A DNA stretch of 40,604 nt from Solirubrobacteraceae bacterium (GCA_036513815.1 DATBYI010000679.1:1-40604); one strand, 5' to 3'. Counted from the first letter of the stretch, positions 10,405-19,950 are shown. Numbers and translations are program-made. Notes: generated by a model from the letters alone, not told the origin.

Positions 10405-12306
10405 CTAGGCGGGCGTTTCGGCCGGGGCCTCGGCCGGATCCGCCGGCGCCGCCGGCTGTGCGGGTGGGTTCTCGTTCAAACCCCACAGCTTCATACGCGC
10501 GACACGCCCTCGGATCTCGACCTCGTCGACGTACACGAGATCGTCGGCCGGCTGGATGAGCGCCTCCCGGGTCGAGTCCGACAGCAGGAGCTGATGCGGT
10601 GTGCCCTTGGTGAGCGACTCGATCCGCGAGGCCGTGTTGGTCGTATCGCCTACGGCGGCGTACTCGACCCGCCGCTCCGAGCCGACGTGGCCCGACATCA
10701 CGAACCCGCTGTTGAGCCCGATGCCCATCCGGAAGCCGTCGCCGAGGCCCTGCGAGTGAATCCACTCGTTGAAGCGGGGCAAACGAACCTCGAGCATCTC
10801 GCGCGCCGTTCTCAGCGCCCGGTCGGCGTGGTCGGGCTGCTCGAGCGGCGCGCCGAATACGGCGAAGATGCCGTCGCCCATGTAGGCGACGAGCGTGCCG
10901 CCGTTATCGAGGATTGCGTCGGACATCTCGCTCAGGTAGTGATTGAGCACGTCAATCACCTGGGACGGGGTCAGCTTCTCTGAGAACGAGGTAAAGCCGC
11001 GCAGGTCGGTGAACATGACCGTTCCCTCGCGCTGGACGCCGCCGAGACGCAGACCGTCGGCGTTGGCGAGCACCTGGTCGACGACGTTCTCGGGGACGAA
11101 CCGAGCGAACAGGTCGACGGCGCGGATGCGCTCGAACGCCTCGGTGACCATGCCCACGGCGAGCGAGCCGATAGCGCTCAGGGCGAGCGCCGCCAGCGGA
11201 TACACCACCGAGACGATCGCGCCGGCGTTGAACACGAGCTGGGAGACGATCGCGAACACCACGCCGATGGCGATCGCGATCGCGAACGAGATGAGCGGGC
11301 GGACTCGCAGAGCGATGAGCGGGATCCCCAGGCCGAACAGCACGATCAACACGACGTTGATCCAGCCGGCCGCGGAGTTCAGCGGGAACCCGCTGACGAT
11401 CGTGGCCGCCGCGTCGGCCTCGATCTCCGCGCCGGCCATCTGGGCATCGGTCGAGGTGGCGTGATAGTCCTCGAGGGAGAGCTGTGTCGCGCCGACGAAG
11501 ACGACCTTGCCGCGGAAGTAGTTCGATGGAACGGGCTGCTTCCAGCCGGTCGGTGCCCCGTACTTCGTGGGATTCAGGACGCTCGAGAACGAGACCCACG
11601 GGATCGTGTGCTGAGCGCCCGGGAAGTTGATCCAGCGGGTACCGCCGAACTGCTTCTTGGTGATCTTCTTATGGGTGGCGAGCTCGGCCGCGACGACGTA
11701 CAGCGTCGGCACGTTCTGCACCGAGTAGACCATCTGCCGGTACACGCCGCCGGGCTGATTGGTTGGGAACAGAGCGGCACCCGGCCGTGACCCGAGCTGC
11801 TCGAGCAGCGTCGTCCCTTGCCCGGAGCCGAGGAAGCGGATCTGGCCGCTGCCATCCTGCGCGGGAGCTGTGGTGTCGAACACGGTGATGCCCGGGTGGT
11901 TCGAGATGGCCAGCAGCAGCTTGAGGTCATCGCAGGGGTAGGAGGTGCCTTGGATCTTGCACGTCCCTCCGATCGTCGTCTTGTCCGCGAGTTCGATGTC
12001 GAAGACGATCGCCTTGGGGTGCTCGGCCGCGATGTTGTTGATCAGCTGGGCGTAGTCGGCGCGAGGGAAGGGAAACGAGTTGAGATCCTGAAGGGTCTTG
12101 TTGTCGACCGCCACGATCACGAAGTTCTTGGGCGGAGTCTGAGTGCCCCGGATCGAGAAGCGAGTGTCGACGGTGTCGCCTTCGAGCGACTTGAGCACGT
12201 CGGTGGAGTAGAGGACGATCCCGATCGCGGTCGCTGCGAACGCGACCAGCGCCAGCAGAAGCACCTTGAGGTTCCGGTTGCTCCGCAGTAGCCGCGTCCC
12301 TTTCAT
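10405..12306 (-). CDS. CHASE2-domain adenylate/guanylate cyclase
   Basis: N-terminal TM; CHASE2 (IVAVDNKT, FPFPRADYA, IVFDI, GKVVFVG); three TMs; cyclase motifs TVMFTDLRGFT, YMGDGI and GDTTNTASRIE. Start at ATG 12306 or GTG 12312. Confidence 0.93.
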   Translation of the reverse strand: MKGTRLLRSNRNLKVLLLALVAFAATAIGIVLYSTDVLKSLEGDTVDTRFSIRGTQTPPKNFVIVAVDNKTLQDLNSFPFPRADYAQLINNIAAEHPKAIVFDIELADKTTIGGTCKIQGTSYPCDDLKLLLAISNHPGITVFDTTAPAQDGSGQIRFLGSGQGTTLLEQLGSRPGAALFPTNQPGGVYRQMVYSVQNVPTLYVVAAELATHKKITKKQFGGTRWINFPGAQHTIPWVSFSSVLNPTKYGAPTGWKQPVPSNYFRGKVVFVGATQLSLEDYHATSTDAQMAGAEIEADAAATIVSGFPLNSAAGWINVVLIVLFGLGIPLIALRVRPLISFAIAIAIGVVFAIVSQLVFNAGAIVSVVYPLAALALSAIGSLAVGMVTEAFERIRAVDLFARFVPENVVDQVLANADGLRLGGVQREGTVMFTDLRGFTSFSEKLTPSQVIDVLNHYLSEMSDAILDNGGTLVAYMGDGIFAVFGAPLEQPDHADRALRTAREMLEVRLPRFNEWIHSQGLGDGFRMGIGLNSGFVMSGHVGSERRVEYAAVGDTTNTASRIESLTKGTPHQLLLSDSTREALIQPADDLVYVDEVEIRGRVARMKLWGLNENPPAQPAAPADPAEAPAETPA

Positions 12307-12549
12307 TTCCACATCACCCTCGCGGATTGGCCCCGTTGGCCCTGCCGGCGCCGCTCCCCGGCAGCGCAAAATCGCCCCGGCCAGTCTACGGGCTCGCCCC
12401 CCTGTGGGCAAGCCTGCTTCCGGCCAGGGTTGACGCAGCCATGACGCGCGCTCTACCGTCCCCAAGGGACCGAACTTGGGACAGGGACGACGAGCGATCA
12501 TCTGGGCAGTGGGCGCTGGCTGCTTGGCAGGCCCGGAATAGGCGCGATC

Positions 12550-13179
12550 GTGTCCGCAGCCGAGCCAATCACGATCGTTATCGCTGACGATCACGCCGTC
12601 GTTCGGCAGGGATTGCGATTGCTGCTCGAGGCCGAGGATGATCTGGCCGTCGTCGGCGAGACGAGCGACATCGCACAGACGAGCACCGTGCTGCGCGAGT
12701 GCGCGCCGGCCGTCGTGCTGCTCGACCTGCACATGGGGCCCGAATTGAGCCTGAGCGCGCTGTTCGAGCTGCGTTCGGCCTCGCCGGGCACGGCGGTCGT
12801 GATCCTCACGATGGACGACGACCCGGCGTTCGTGGCGCCGGCCTGGAATGCCGGCGCCGCGGGATACGTGCTCAAGGAGGCCTCACGGGTCGACCTCGTA
12901 CGCGCGATCCGGACGGTCGCCAAGGGCGGCCGCTACCTCGATCCGGCGATCGGCGGCTGGGCGCTGACCAGTGCCGACGAGCCGGCGCTGACCGACCGCG
13001 AGCTCGAGGTGTTGCGCCTGGTCGCGCTCGGGCATACCAACAGTGAGATCGCCACGCGGATGTACATCAGCCCCCGCACGGTCGAGACGCATCGAGCCAA
13101 TCTCCAGGCCAAGCTGGGAATCAACGGCCGGCCCGGGCTCGTCCGCTACGCCCTCGAGCACGGAGTCATCCACCGATGA
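12550..13179 (+). CDS. NarL/FixJ-family response regulator (REC + LuxR HTH)
   Basis: Motifs IADDH, LLDLHM, GYVLKE and LTDRELEVL..GHTNSEIA..ISPRTVETHR. Confidence 0.95.
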   Translation: MSAAEPITIVIADDHAVVRQGLRLLLEAEDDLAVVGETSDIAQTSTVLRECAPAVVLLDLHMGPELSLSALFELRSASPGTAVVILTMDDDPAFVAPAWNAGAAGYVLKEASRVDLVRAIRTVAKGGRYLDPAIGGWALTSADEPALTDRELEVLRLVALGHTNSEIATRMYISPRTVETHRANLQAKLGINGRPGLVRYALEHGVIHR

Positions 13180-14771
13180 GCACCGGCGCGACGCGCGCCA
13201 AGCAGATCCAGCTCGAGGCCGCGCAGCGGCGGGTCGTCGAGCGGCTGCGCTCGCCCTCGCAGACCACGCGCTCGCCGGGGCGCCAGGCGGCGATCGTCGC
13301 GCTCGCGGCACTGCTGTTCGTGATCGCGTTCACCGCCCGGCTCGCGGTCAACGACCCGAACGCGCTCCTCGCGAACTTCTACATCGTGCCGATTGCGGTG
13401 CTGGCGATCGAGTTCGGAACCCGCGCCGGCCTGTTTGCCGCAGCGCTCGCGTTTGCCCTGGTACCGGCGTGGAGCGTGATCAACTCGGTGCACGTCGACG
13501 CGCTCGGCTATGTCTCCCGGGGGGCGGCGTTTCTGGTCACCGGTGTCGTCGTCGGAGGCTTCTCCGATCGCCTCCGAAAGGACATCGCCGAACGTCAGGA
13601 CGCCCAGCGCGATCTCGCGCTCTACGCCGACCAGCTCGAGGACTCCAACCAGGATCTGGCGCGGAGCGTCGGACGACTCGAAGCCTTCGCCGAGATCGCG
13701 CGGGCGGTCGGAGGCGAAACCGACCTCGAGCGGATCCTGTCGCTGATCATCGCCCACGGCCGGGAGATCGTGGCGGCCCGCACCCTGGTTATCTACCTAC
13801 CCGACGGCAGCGAGCTCGCGGCCGTGCGCGGAACCGCACGGCGCTCGGAGTCCGAGCCGAGGATCCCGCTCAACGGCTCGCTGGCCGGCCAGGTGCTGCT
13901 GACCGGGCGGCCCCGACGCGTCGGCGCCGACGTGCACCCGTCCCAGCTCGAGCAGCTGGCGCCCGACGCGAGAGAGGCGATCCTCGTGCCGCTCGTGTTC
14001 CGCGGCGAGCCGCTCGGGGTGCTGGCCGCGATCAACGGCGCCGGCGAGCGCGCGTTCGTGGAGGAGGACGAGCAGCTGCTGATGTCGGTGGCGGCGAGCG
14101 CCGCCACCGCGGTCGCCACCGCGCGGTCGGTCGCCGCGGCGCGCCTGCGCTTCAGTGTGGAGGCGGCCGACCAGGCTCGGGCGCGCTGGGCGCGCGAGCT
14201 GCACGACGAGACGCTCCAGGGCCTGATCGGCGTGCGGATGGTCCTGTCGGCCGGCCTCGCGCGTGATGGCGATGACGCGCTGCGCCGCGCGGCCGATACC
14301 GCCGATGCGCACCTGGGAGAGGAGATGCGCAAGCTGCGGGACCTGATCGCCGAGCTCCGTCCCGCCGCGCTCGACGACCTCGGGCTCGGTCCGGCGATCG
14401 AGTCCCTGGCCAAGCGCCAGGCGGCGGTGGCCGGGTTTGCGGTCGAGCTCGAGATCGAACTCGAGTCCGAGCGACGGCTCGACCGCGACACCGAGACCGC
14501 GATCTACCGGATCGTCCAGGAGGCGCTGAGCAACGCGGTCAAGCACGCCGGCGCCGAGGCGGTGTGCCTGCGCGTGACGCAGCTGCCCGATCGCGTCCAG
14601 GTTGCGGTGGAGGACGACGGTGGCGGGTTCGAGCCCGAGGCCGTCCGCGCCGGGTTCGGCCTGACCGGGATGCGCGAGCGGGCCCTGCTCGCCGGCGGCC
14701 ATCTGTGGGTGACCTCAGCCGACGGCGGTCCGACCCGCGTCGCCGCGGTCCTGCCGCTCCCTGACCGCTGA
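13176..14771 (+). CDS. Membrane sensor histidine kinase (TM region, GAF, HisKA_3, HATPase)
   Basis: Motifs ARELHDETLQ, QEALSNAVKHA, DDGGGF and GFGLTGMRER; ATGA overlap with the regulator gene. Confidence 0.93.
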   Translation: MSTGATRAKQIQLEAAQRRVVERLRSPSQTTRSPGRQAAIVALAALLFVIAFTARLAVNDPNALLANFYIVPIAVLAIEFGTRAGLFAAALAFALVPAWSVINSVHVDALGYVSRGAAFLVTGVVVGGFSDRLRKDIAERQDAQRDLALYADQLEDSNQDLARSVGRLEAFAEIARAVGGETDLERILSLIIAHGREIVAARTLVIYLPDGSELAAVRGTARRSESEPRIPLNGSLAGQVLLTGRPRRVGADVHPSQLEQLAPDAREAILVPLVFRGEPLGVLAAINGAGERAFVEEDEQLLMSVAASAATAVATARSVAAARLRFSVEAADQARARWARELHDETLQGLIGVRMVLSAGLARDGDDALRRAADTADAHLGEEMRKLRDLIAELRPAALDDLGLGPAIESLAKRQAAVAGFAVELEIELESERRLDRDTETAIYRIVQEALSNAVKHAGAEAVCLRVTQLPDRVQVAVEDDGGGFEPEAVRAGFGLTGMRERALLAGGHLWVTSADGGPTRVAAVLPLPDR

Positions 14772-14794
14772 TCGCTGACCGGTGGGGATGACGC

Positions 14795-14899
14795 GCCACC
14801 GCCCTGCCGGTGGCGGGGGTGTGGCGTGTGGTCCACAGTAGAAGTGGATGATCGGCCACTGCCCTGTCGGTGGCGGGGGGGCGTGGCGTGTGGTCCACA
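14795..14899. repeat. Two imperfect direct copies of a ~43-45 bp unit containing a palindrome (REP-like)
   Basis: GCCACCGCCCTGCCGGTGGCGGGGGTGTGGCGTGTGGTCCACA (14795-14837) and GCCACTGCCCTGTCGGTGGCGGGGGGGCGTGGCGTGTGGTCCACA (14855-14899); period 60 bp. Confidence 0.85.
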
Positions 14900-14952
14900 C
14901 GGAAGGTCGCGACTCGCCGGTATGGCGGCGCGGATAGTCGGCCCGTCCGCCT

Positions 14953-15071
14953 CGGGGCAATTTCCAGTATTACCTGCGGGCGATCGCGCTTAGTTCAGGA
15001 TTTCGCCTCTCTACGGGGCGCTATCTGGAGGCAGCGAGGGATCGCGCGCCCCAATGGCGGAAATTGCCCCG
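14953..15071. repeat. 119-bp segment bounded by perfect 13-bp inverted repeats (MITE-like or long hairpin)
   Basis: CGGGGCAATTTCC (14953-14965) is the exact reverse complement of GGAAATTGCCCCG (15059-15071). Confidence 0.65.
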
Positions 15072-15112
15072 GCGGCGTCGTCCGCGCCCCCCGCCGGCGA
15101 CGTCCGCGCCCA

Positions 15113-15270
15113 CAGCCGCGCCCGCAGCCGCGCCCGCCTCGCTCGCCCCGCCCGCCCCGGCCGCCCCGGCCGCTCCGGCCGCCCAGCCACGCCCAGCCAC
15201 GCCCCGCCACGCCCCGCCACGCCACGCCACGCCCCGCCTCGCCTCGCCTCGCCACGCCCCGCCACGCCCC
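15113..15270. repeat. Compound short tandem repeat tract
   Basis: CAGCCGCGCCCG x2 (15113-15136), GC(C/T)CCGGCC x3 (15154-15180), then 18 GCCNN pentamers (GCCAC/GCCCC/GCCTC/GCCCA; 15181-15270). Confidence 0.9.
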
Positions 15271-15307
15271 GCCCGCCGGGCCTGTCCGGAAACTGTGACC
15301 GGAACGC

Positions 15308-15339
15308 CACCGGCCCGGAGGCGGACCCCCGGGCCGGTG
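15308..15339 (-). terminator. Stem-loop downstream of the antiporter gene
   Basis: CACCGGCCCGG / CCGGGCCGGTG 11-bp stem about 40 bp after the stop at 15381. Confidence 0.6.
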
Positions 15340-15380
15340 ACGCAATCAGCCCCCTACGTGTCGGTCAAGGAGACGCGGTT

Positions 15381-18300
15381 CTACGACTCCTCGGGCGAGG
15401 ATCCCTCCCCGCCGGTCGGATCGGCCGTGGGTGCCACCGGTGCCACCGATGCCGCCGAGGGCGTGCGCGACCCGCCGAGCAGCCCGGACGTCCCGCCGGC
15501 CATCGACCAGCGGAACTGGGTGACGTTCTCCTTGGGCGCGAACAGCCCCGGTCGGGTGCCGCGCTTGACGAAGAGGACCGGCGCCGGCGCCGCGTTGGCG
15601 ATCGCCGACCTCGTCGTCCCGAGACCCTCGTGCCGCCACCGATCCGACAGGCCGATCACCAGAAGCCCGGCGCCGGTGGCGGCCTCGACGATGCCGTCGC
15701 GTCCTCCGGCGACGACCAGCGGCTCGGTGGCGATCCCCGTGGCCTGCTGGACGAGCAGTCCGGCGTCGGCGAGCATGCGCGTGACCGACTTGCCCTCGTC
15801 GGTCTGCCCGGCCGCCCCGAGGAGCTTCAGCGGCGCCCCGGAGGCGGCGGCCAGCCACGACCCGAGCTCGAGCGCGGCCCAATCGTGCTCGGCTCCGCCG
15901 AATGGCACGACGACGGGCAGGTTCGGACCGAGCTCGATGGGGTCACCCTCCTTGGCGACCAGTACCGCCACGTCCGAGGCGGAGTGCTCCATCAGCTCCC
16001 CGACGTCGCCGAGGGGAACGCCGTCGCCGATGATCCGTCGGCGTCCCTCGGTGAGCACCAGGTCGATCGGTTCGTGCTCGACGATGTGCGCGAGGTCCGA
16101 ACCGGGATTGACCGAGGTCAGCGCCACCCCGCGAGCGACGACGCCATCGATGGCGAGCCGCTCGCGCGTCTCGTTGATCGCCCGCGAGGCGCGTTCGAGC
16201 GCCAGGTTCTCGGACTGCAAGCCACCCCGTACGCCCGCTCCGGCGCCCCGTGGCGGCCGGACCAGCCGAGCGATGATCAGCTCACGCGGGGGTGTGGACC
16301 GAGCCAGAGGCTCCGCCAACGCGACGAGCTGGGGAATCGCAGCGTCGGTCTGCGGAGCGACCAGAATCGATCGATCTGGCACCGGCAGCTCGGGATGCGC
16401 CTGGACGGCGGCGAGCGCCGCGTCGGCGAACTCCTCCTCGACTCCGCGGCCGTACTCGTTCTTGGGGTCGATCAGCTTCAGCAGCGGACCGGCCATCAGA
16501 GTGGTGACGACGGCCATGATCACCAGCATCGCGAACAGCGTGTTGGAGATCGCACCGGCGTCCAGAGCCAGGTTGAGCACGATCAGCTCGGTCAGCCCGC
16601 GGGTGTTCATCAGCGTCCCGATGACGGCCGAGGCCTTCCAGTCGTAACCAGCGACCCGGGCCGCGATGGAGGCGCCGGCGAGCTTGCCGAGGATCGCGAC
16701 CGCGATCAGGGCCAGCGTGATCAGCCAGAGCTCGGGCCGGTCGAGCAGGCCGACGTTGGTCCGCAGGCCCGTGTAGACGAAGAAGATCGGCAGCAGCAGA
16801 GTGACGACGAAGTCGTCGATGCGGCGGGTGATCTCCTCGCTCAGCCGCGCGTGCCGCGGCATGATGATGCCCATGATGAAGCCGCCGAAGATGAACGCGA
16901 TGTTGATCTCCTGCGTGATGTACGCCGACAAGAGCACGCCGATGATGATCGCGGCGAACCACCCGGTGGGGATCCGTCCGACCTCGTCGAAGGCGGTGGC
17001 CATGCGGGCCAGGACGCGGCGCACGACAAACACCATGAACAGGGTGAATGCGACCGCCTCGGCGATTGTCTTGACCACGTCCCCGAACGTGCCCGACGCC
17101 GCGACCGCGGTCGCGAGCGCGATCAGGAACCAGGCCGTGACGTCGTCGATCGCGGCACAGGCGATCGTCAGCGCCCCGACGGGACGCTTGATCATGCGCC
17201 GCTCGGCCAGGATCCGAGCCAGCACCGGGAACGCGGTGATCGACATCGAGACGCCCATGAACAGCGCGAAGGCCACGAACTTCTTATTCGGGCCGACGAG
17301 CTTGTACAGCGGCAGCGCGATCGCGATGCCGAGCAGCATCGGGACCGCGACGCTCGCGTTCGAGATCGCCGTCGCGGCGGCCACCTTGCCCTTGAGCTGG
17401 CCGCGATCAATCTCCAGTCCCACCAGGAACATGAAGAAGATCAAGCCGAGGTTCGCGATCGTGCCGATCGCGGCTAGCGTGTCGGTTGGGAAGAACGTCG
17501 CCTGCAGGTTGGCCGAGATTGCGCCCAGGAGCGACGGGCCGAGCACCAGTCCCGCGATCACCTCGCCCATCACGCGCGGCTGACCGACCTTCGTGGCGAT
17601 GTAGCCGAAGATCCGGCAGACGATCAGCACGATCGCGAGCGCGAGGAAGACGGCGGCGACCAGGTGGTTGAAGTCACTGCGCTGCTTGGTGGCGGTGAAC
17701 TTCTCACCCGCCGGGCCGAGACCCGAAGGAGTGGTCAGAACCGGCTTGGCCGTCGGCACCTTCGACGGGACCGGGGTGGCCACCTGGAGCGGAATTACGG
17801 TGACGTTCTGCAGCAGGATGTCGTTGGCGGTCGCGGTCATACGCGCCGTCCCGCCCCTGACGCACTTGACATCCCCGAACACTCCGCCGGTCTTGGTCGA
17901 GTAGGTGAGCGGGCCGAGATTCTTGCCGGTGGAGGAGTAGAGCGTGGCGCTCGCTCCGGTGCCGTGAATCGAGAACGAGCTCCCGAAGCACGTCGAGGAC
18001 GGGGACAGCGCGAACGTGCCCTGAACGTTGCTTGGGGTCCGCGGCGCGGCCGCGCCCGGCGCGGGCGGCGCGGTCTTCAGCGCCGCCGCGAACGGGAGTC
18101 CGCCGAGCGTGCCGGTGATCGCTCCCTTGGCTCCCGGGACGGCGATCGCATTCAGGCTCAGCGACTTGCCCTTGACGCACTCGACGTTTCCGGTCAGGTG
18201 GTGGGCGTTTCCGGGAAGCTTCTCGCTGCTCAGACGCAGCTTTCCGCCGAGCGTGCCCTGGTTATTGGTCAGATTGACGAACTGGCCCGACTGAAGCACG

Positions 18301-18563
18301 TTGAACGACGGCCCCGTCGCCGCGGCCTGTCCCGGTGCAGTCGCCGGGAGGGGAACGCCACCGGCCGGCTTCGGCACCGGCCCCAGACACGGGGCCGCCG
18401 AGCTCGCGACATACCCCCCGGCGATCGCCGGCTGGGCCTTCTCCGAGCCCCCCTTGTCGATCACAAAGATCACGACGGCGACCCCGATCACGGCCATGAT
18501 CCCGTAGAACGTGATCAAGCGTCGCCACAGACGACGGCCCGACATGGCCTGCACTACCGGCAT
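15381..18563 (-). CDS. Cation:proton antiporter (CPA2/Kef-type) with N-terminal extracytoplasmic domain and C-terminal USP-like domains
   Basis: Motifs GQPRVMGEVIAG, FMFLVGLE, SITAFPVLARIL, AAIDDV, LLPIFFVYTG and LMNTRGLTELI; C-terminal VVVPFGGAEHD..APAPVLFV. Confidence 0.92.
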   Translation of the reverse strand: MPVVQAMSGRRLWRRLITFYGIMAVIGVAVVIFVIDKGGSEKAQPAIAGGYVASSAAPCLGPVPKPAGGVPLPATAPGQAAATGPSFNVLQSGQFVNLTNNQGTLGGKLRLSSEKLPGNAHHLTGNVECVKGKSLSLNAIAVPGAKGAITGTLGGLPFAAALKTAPPAPGAAAPRTPSNVQGTFALSPSSTCFGSSFSIHGTGASATLYSSTGKNLGPLTYSTKTGGVFGDVKCVRGGTARMTATANDILLQNVTVIPLQVATPVPSKVPTAKPVLTTPSGLGPAGEKFTATKQRSDFNHLVAAVFLALAIVLIVCRIFGYIATKVGQPRVMGEVIAGLVLGPSLLGAISANLQATFFPTDTLAAIGTIANLGLIFFMFLVGLEIDRGQLKGKVAAATAISNASVAVPMLLGIAIALPLYKLVGPNKKFVAFALFMGVSMSITAFPVLARILAERRMIKRPVGALTIACAAIDDVTAWFLIALATAVAASGTFGDVVKTIAEAVAFTLFMVFVVRRVLARMATAFDEVGRIPTGWFAAIIIGVLLSAYITQEINIAFIFGGFIMGIIMPRHARLSEEITRRIDDFVVTLLLPIFFVYTGLRTNVGLLDRPELWLITLALIAVAILGKLAGASIAARVAGYDWKASAVIGTLMNTRGLTELIVLNLALDAGAISNTLFAMLVIMAVVTTLMAGPLLKLIDPKNEYGRGVEEEFADAALAAVQAHPELPVPDRSILVAPQTDAAIPQLVALAEPLARSTPPRELIIARLVRPPRGAGAGVRGGLQSENLALERASRAINETRERLAIDGVVARGVALTSVNPGSDLAHIVEHEPIDLVLTEGRRRIIGDGVPLGDVGELMEHSASDVAVLVAKEGDPIELGPNLPVVVPFGGAEHDWAALELGSWLAAASGAPLKLLGAAGQTDEGKSVTRMLADAGLLVQQATGIATEPLVVAGGRDGIVEAATGAGLLVIGLSDRWRHEGLGTTRSAIANAAPAPVLFVKRGTRPGLFAPKENVTQFRWSMAGGTSGLLGGSRTPSAASVAPVAPTADPTGGEGSSPEES

Positions 18564-18743
18564 CTAAGCCCCCTTAGCTCGGTGTTCTGAACTTTTCAAC
18601 CCGGCCGGCGCAGCCCCGCCTGTGCCCGGTCGCGCGAAAAAGTAGCCGATGGCCGAGCTTGCGACATCCGGCACGTGCCATCGAACTACATCCGTAAAGT
18701 GCCGCAATGTTGTTCCGGACAACGCGGCAAGCGCCGCAGCAGC

Positions 18744-18777
18744 GTGAGTCTGGTGCCCGGGTGAGTCTGGTGCCCGG
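18744..18777. repeat. Perfect 17-bp tandem duplication
   Basis: GTGAGTCTGGTGCCCGG at 18744-18760 and 18761-18777. Confidence 0.9.
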
Positions 18778-18792
18778 GACGGGTTCGGCCCG

Positions 18793-19950
18793 TTACAGGC
18801 CGAGCATCGACGCGATCCGGACCCGCTGCGTCTCGTTCGTACCCGAATAGATGGGGGCGCCGATCGCGTCGCGCAGCCCCTTCTCGAGTCCGTACTCGCG
18901 GGTGTAGCCGCGCGCGCCGAAGATCTGGATCGCGGACAGCGCGGAGGCGACATTGGCCTCGCTGGTGATCAACTTGGCCATCGAGATCTCGGTGGTCACA
19001 CTGCGGCCTCGGTTGAATCGGCGGGCGGTGTCATAGAGGTGTTTGCGAGAGTTCTCGAGCCCGATCTTCATGTCGACGATCTTGCCGGCGATGTACTGGT
19101 TTGACCCGATCGGCCGTCCGAACGCCTGTCGTTCCTTGGCGTACTTGATGCACCGGTCCATTCGCTCCTGCATCTCGCCCGCCATCATGATGAAAATGCA
19201 CAAGATCTCGTAATTCATGACGTGTTCGAGGATGAAGAAGCCGGCGCCCGGCTTGCCGAGGATGTTCTCCTTGGGGACGCGGACGCCCGTGAACTCGAGC
19301 TCGCAGAACGGGCAGGTGTTCAGTCCCAGCTTCTCGATCGGCTCACCCACGCGGAAGCCGGGCGTATCGGTCGGCACCATGAATGCCGTGATGCCGGCGG
19401 CGCCGCCCTCGGCGCCGGTCTTCGCGTACACGGTGATGATGTCGGCGAGCGGCCCGCTCGTGATCCAGATCTTCTGCCCCTCGAGCACGTAGGCATCGCC
19501 ATCCTCGGTGGCGGTCGTGCTCATGGCCGTCGCGTCGGATCCGGCCGAGGGCTCGGAGATCGCGTGCGCGCTCAGGATCTCGCCGTCGACGAGCCGGGCC
19601 AGGTAGCGCTCCTTGAGCTCAGCCGACCCAAACTTCTGGAGCGGGATCGCCGCGCTCACGATCTGTGTCGCTGCGCCGAACAACAACCCAGTGTCACGGC
19701 AGCCGTACCCGAGGTTCTCGAGCACATATACGAGCGTGAGCACGTCGTGGCCGAGACCGCCCCATTCGGTGTCGAACGGGATCCGCAACACGCCGGACTC
19801 TCGGATCAGGTCCCACTTGTCGCGGTTGAACCGATTCGCCGCGTCATCCTCGAGGTGACCCTCGTTCAGCGCGGGGAAGTACTCGTTCAGGGATTTCCTG
19901 AGCGTCTTCTGCTCGTCGGTCCATTCACCGGTTGGGGCGGTCAGTGCCAT
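18793..19950 (-). CDS. Acyl-CoA dehydrogenase family, resembling L-prolyl-S-carrier dehydrogenase (PltE/RedW type)
   Basis: LGYGCRDTGL, AHAISEPSAGSD, GQKIWITSGP, RQAFGRPI and IYSGT (rather than IYEGT), next to an adenylation enzyme and carrier protein. Confidence 0.85.
   Translation of the reverse strand: MALTAPTGEWTDEQKTLRKSLNEYFPALNEGHLEDDAANRFNRDKWDLIRESGVLRIPFDTEWGGLGHDVLTLVYVLENLGYGCRDTGLLFGAATQIVSAAIPLQKFGSAELKERYLARLVDGEILSAHAISEPSAGSDATAMSTTATEDGDAYVLEGQKIWITSGPLADIITVYAKTGAEGGAAGITAFMVPTDTPGFRVGEPIEKLGLNTCPFCELEFTGVRVPKENILGKPGAGFFILEHVMNYEILCIFIMMAGEMQERMDRCIKYAKERQAFGRPIGSNQYIAGKIVDMKIGLENSRKHLYDTARRFNRGRSVTTEISMAKLITSEANVASALSAIQIFGARGYTREYGLEKGLRDAIGAPIYSGTNETQRVRIASMLGL

Noticed and set aside
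9610-10983. 457-aa plus-strand ORF
   Set aside because: Antisense to the STAS and CHASE2-cyclase genes, with no recognisable motifs.
12307-12732. N-terminal extension of the CHASE2 cyclase in the ORF track
   Set aside because: It overlaps the response regulator on the other strand; the SD-like sequence and TM start point to 12306/12312.
14795-14899. Possible mini CRISPR array
   Set aside because: Only two imperfect copies with a 17-bp gap, and no cas genes or leader.
15054-17477. 807-aa and 527-aa plus-strand ORFs starting in the repeat tract
   Set aside because: They are antisense to the well-supported antiporter, and their N-termini are translations of the microsatellite.
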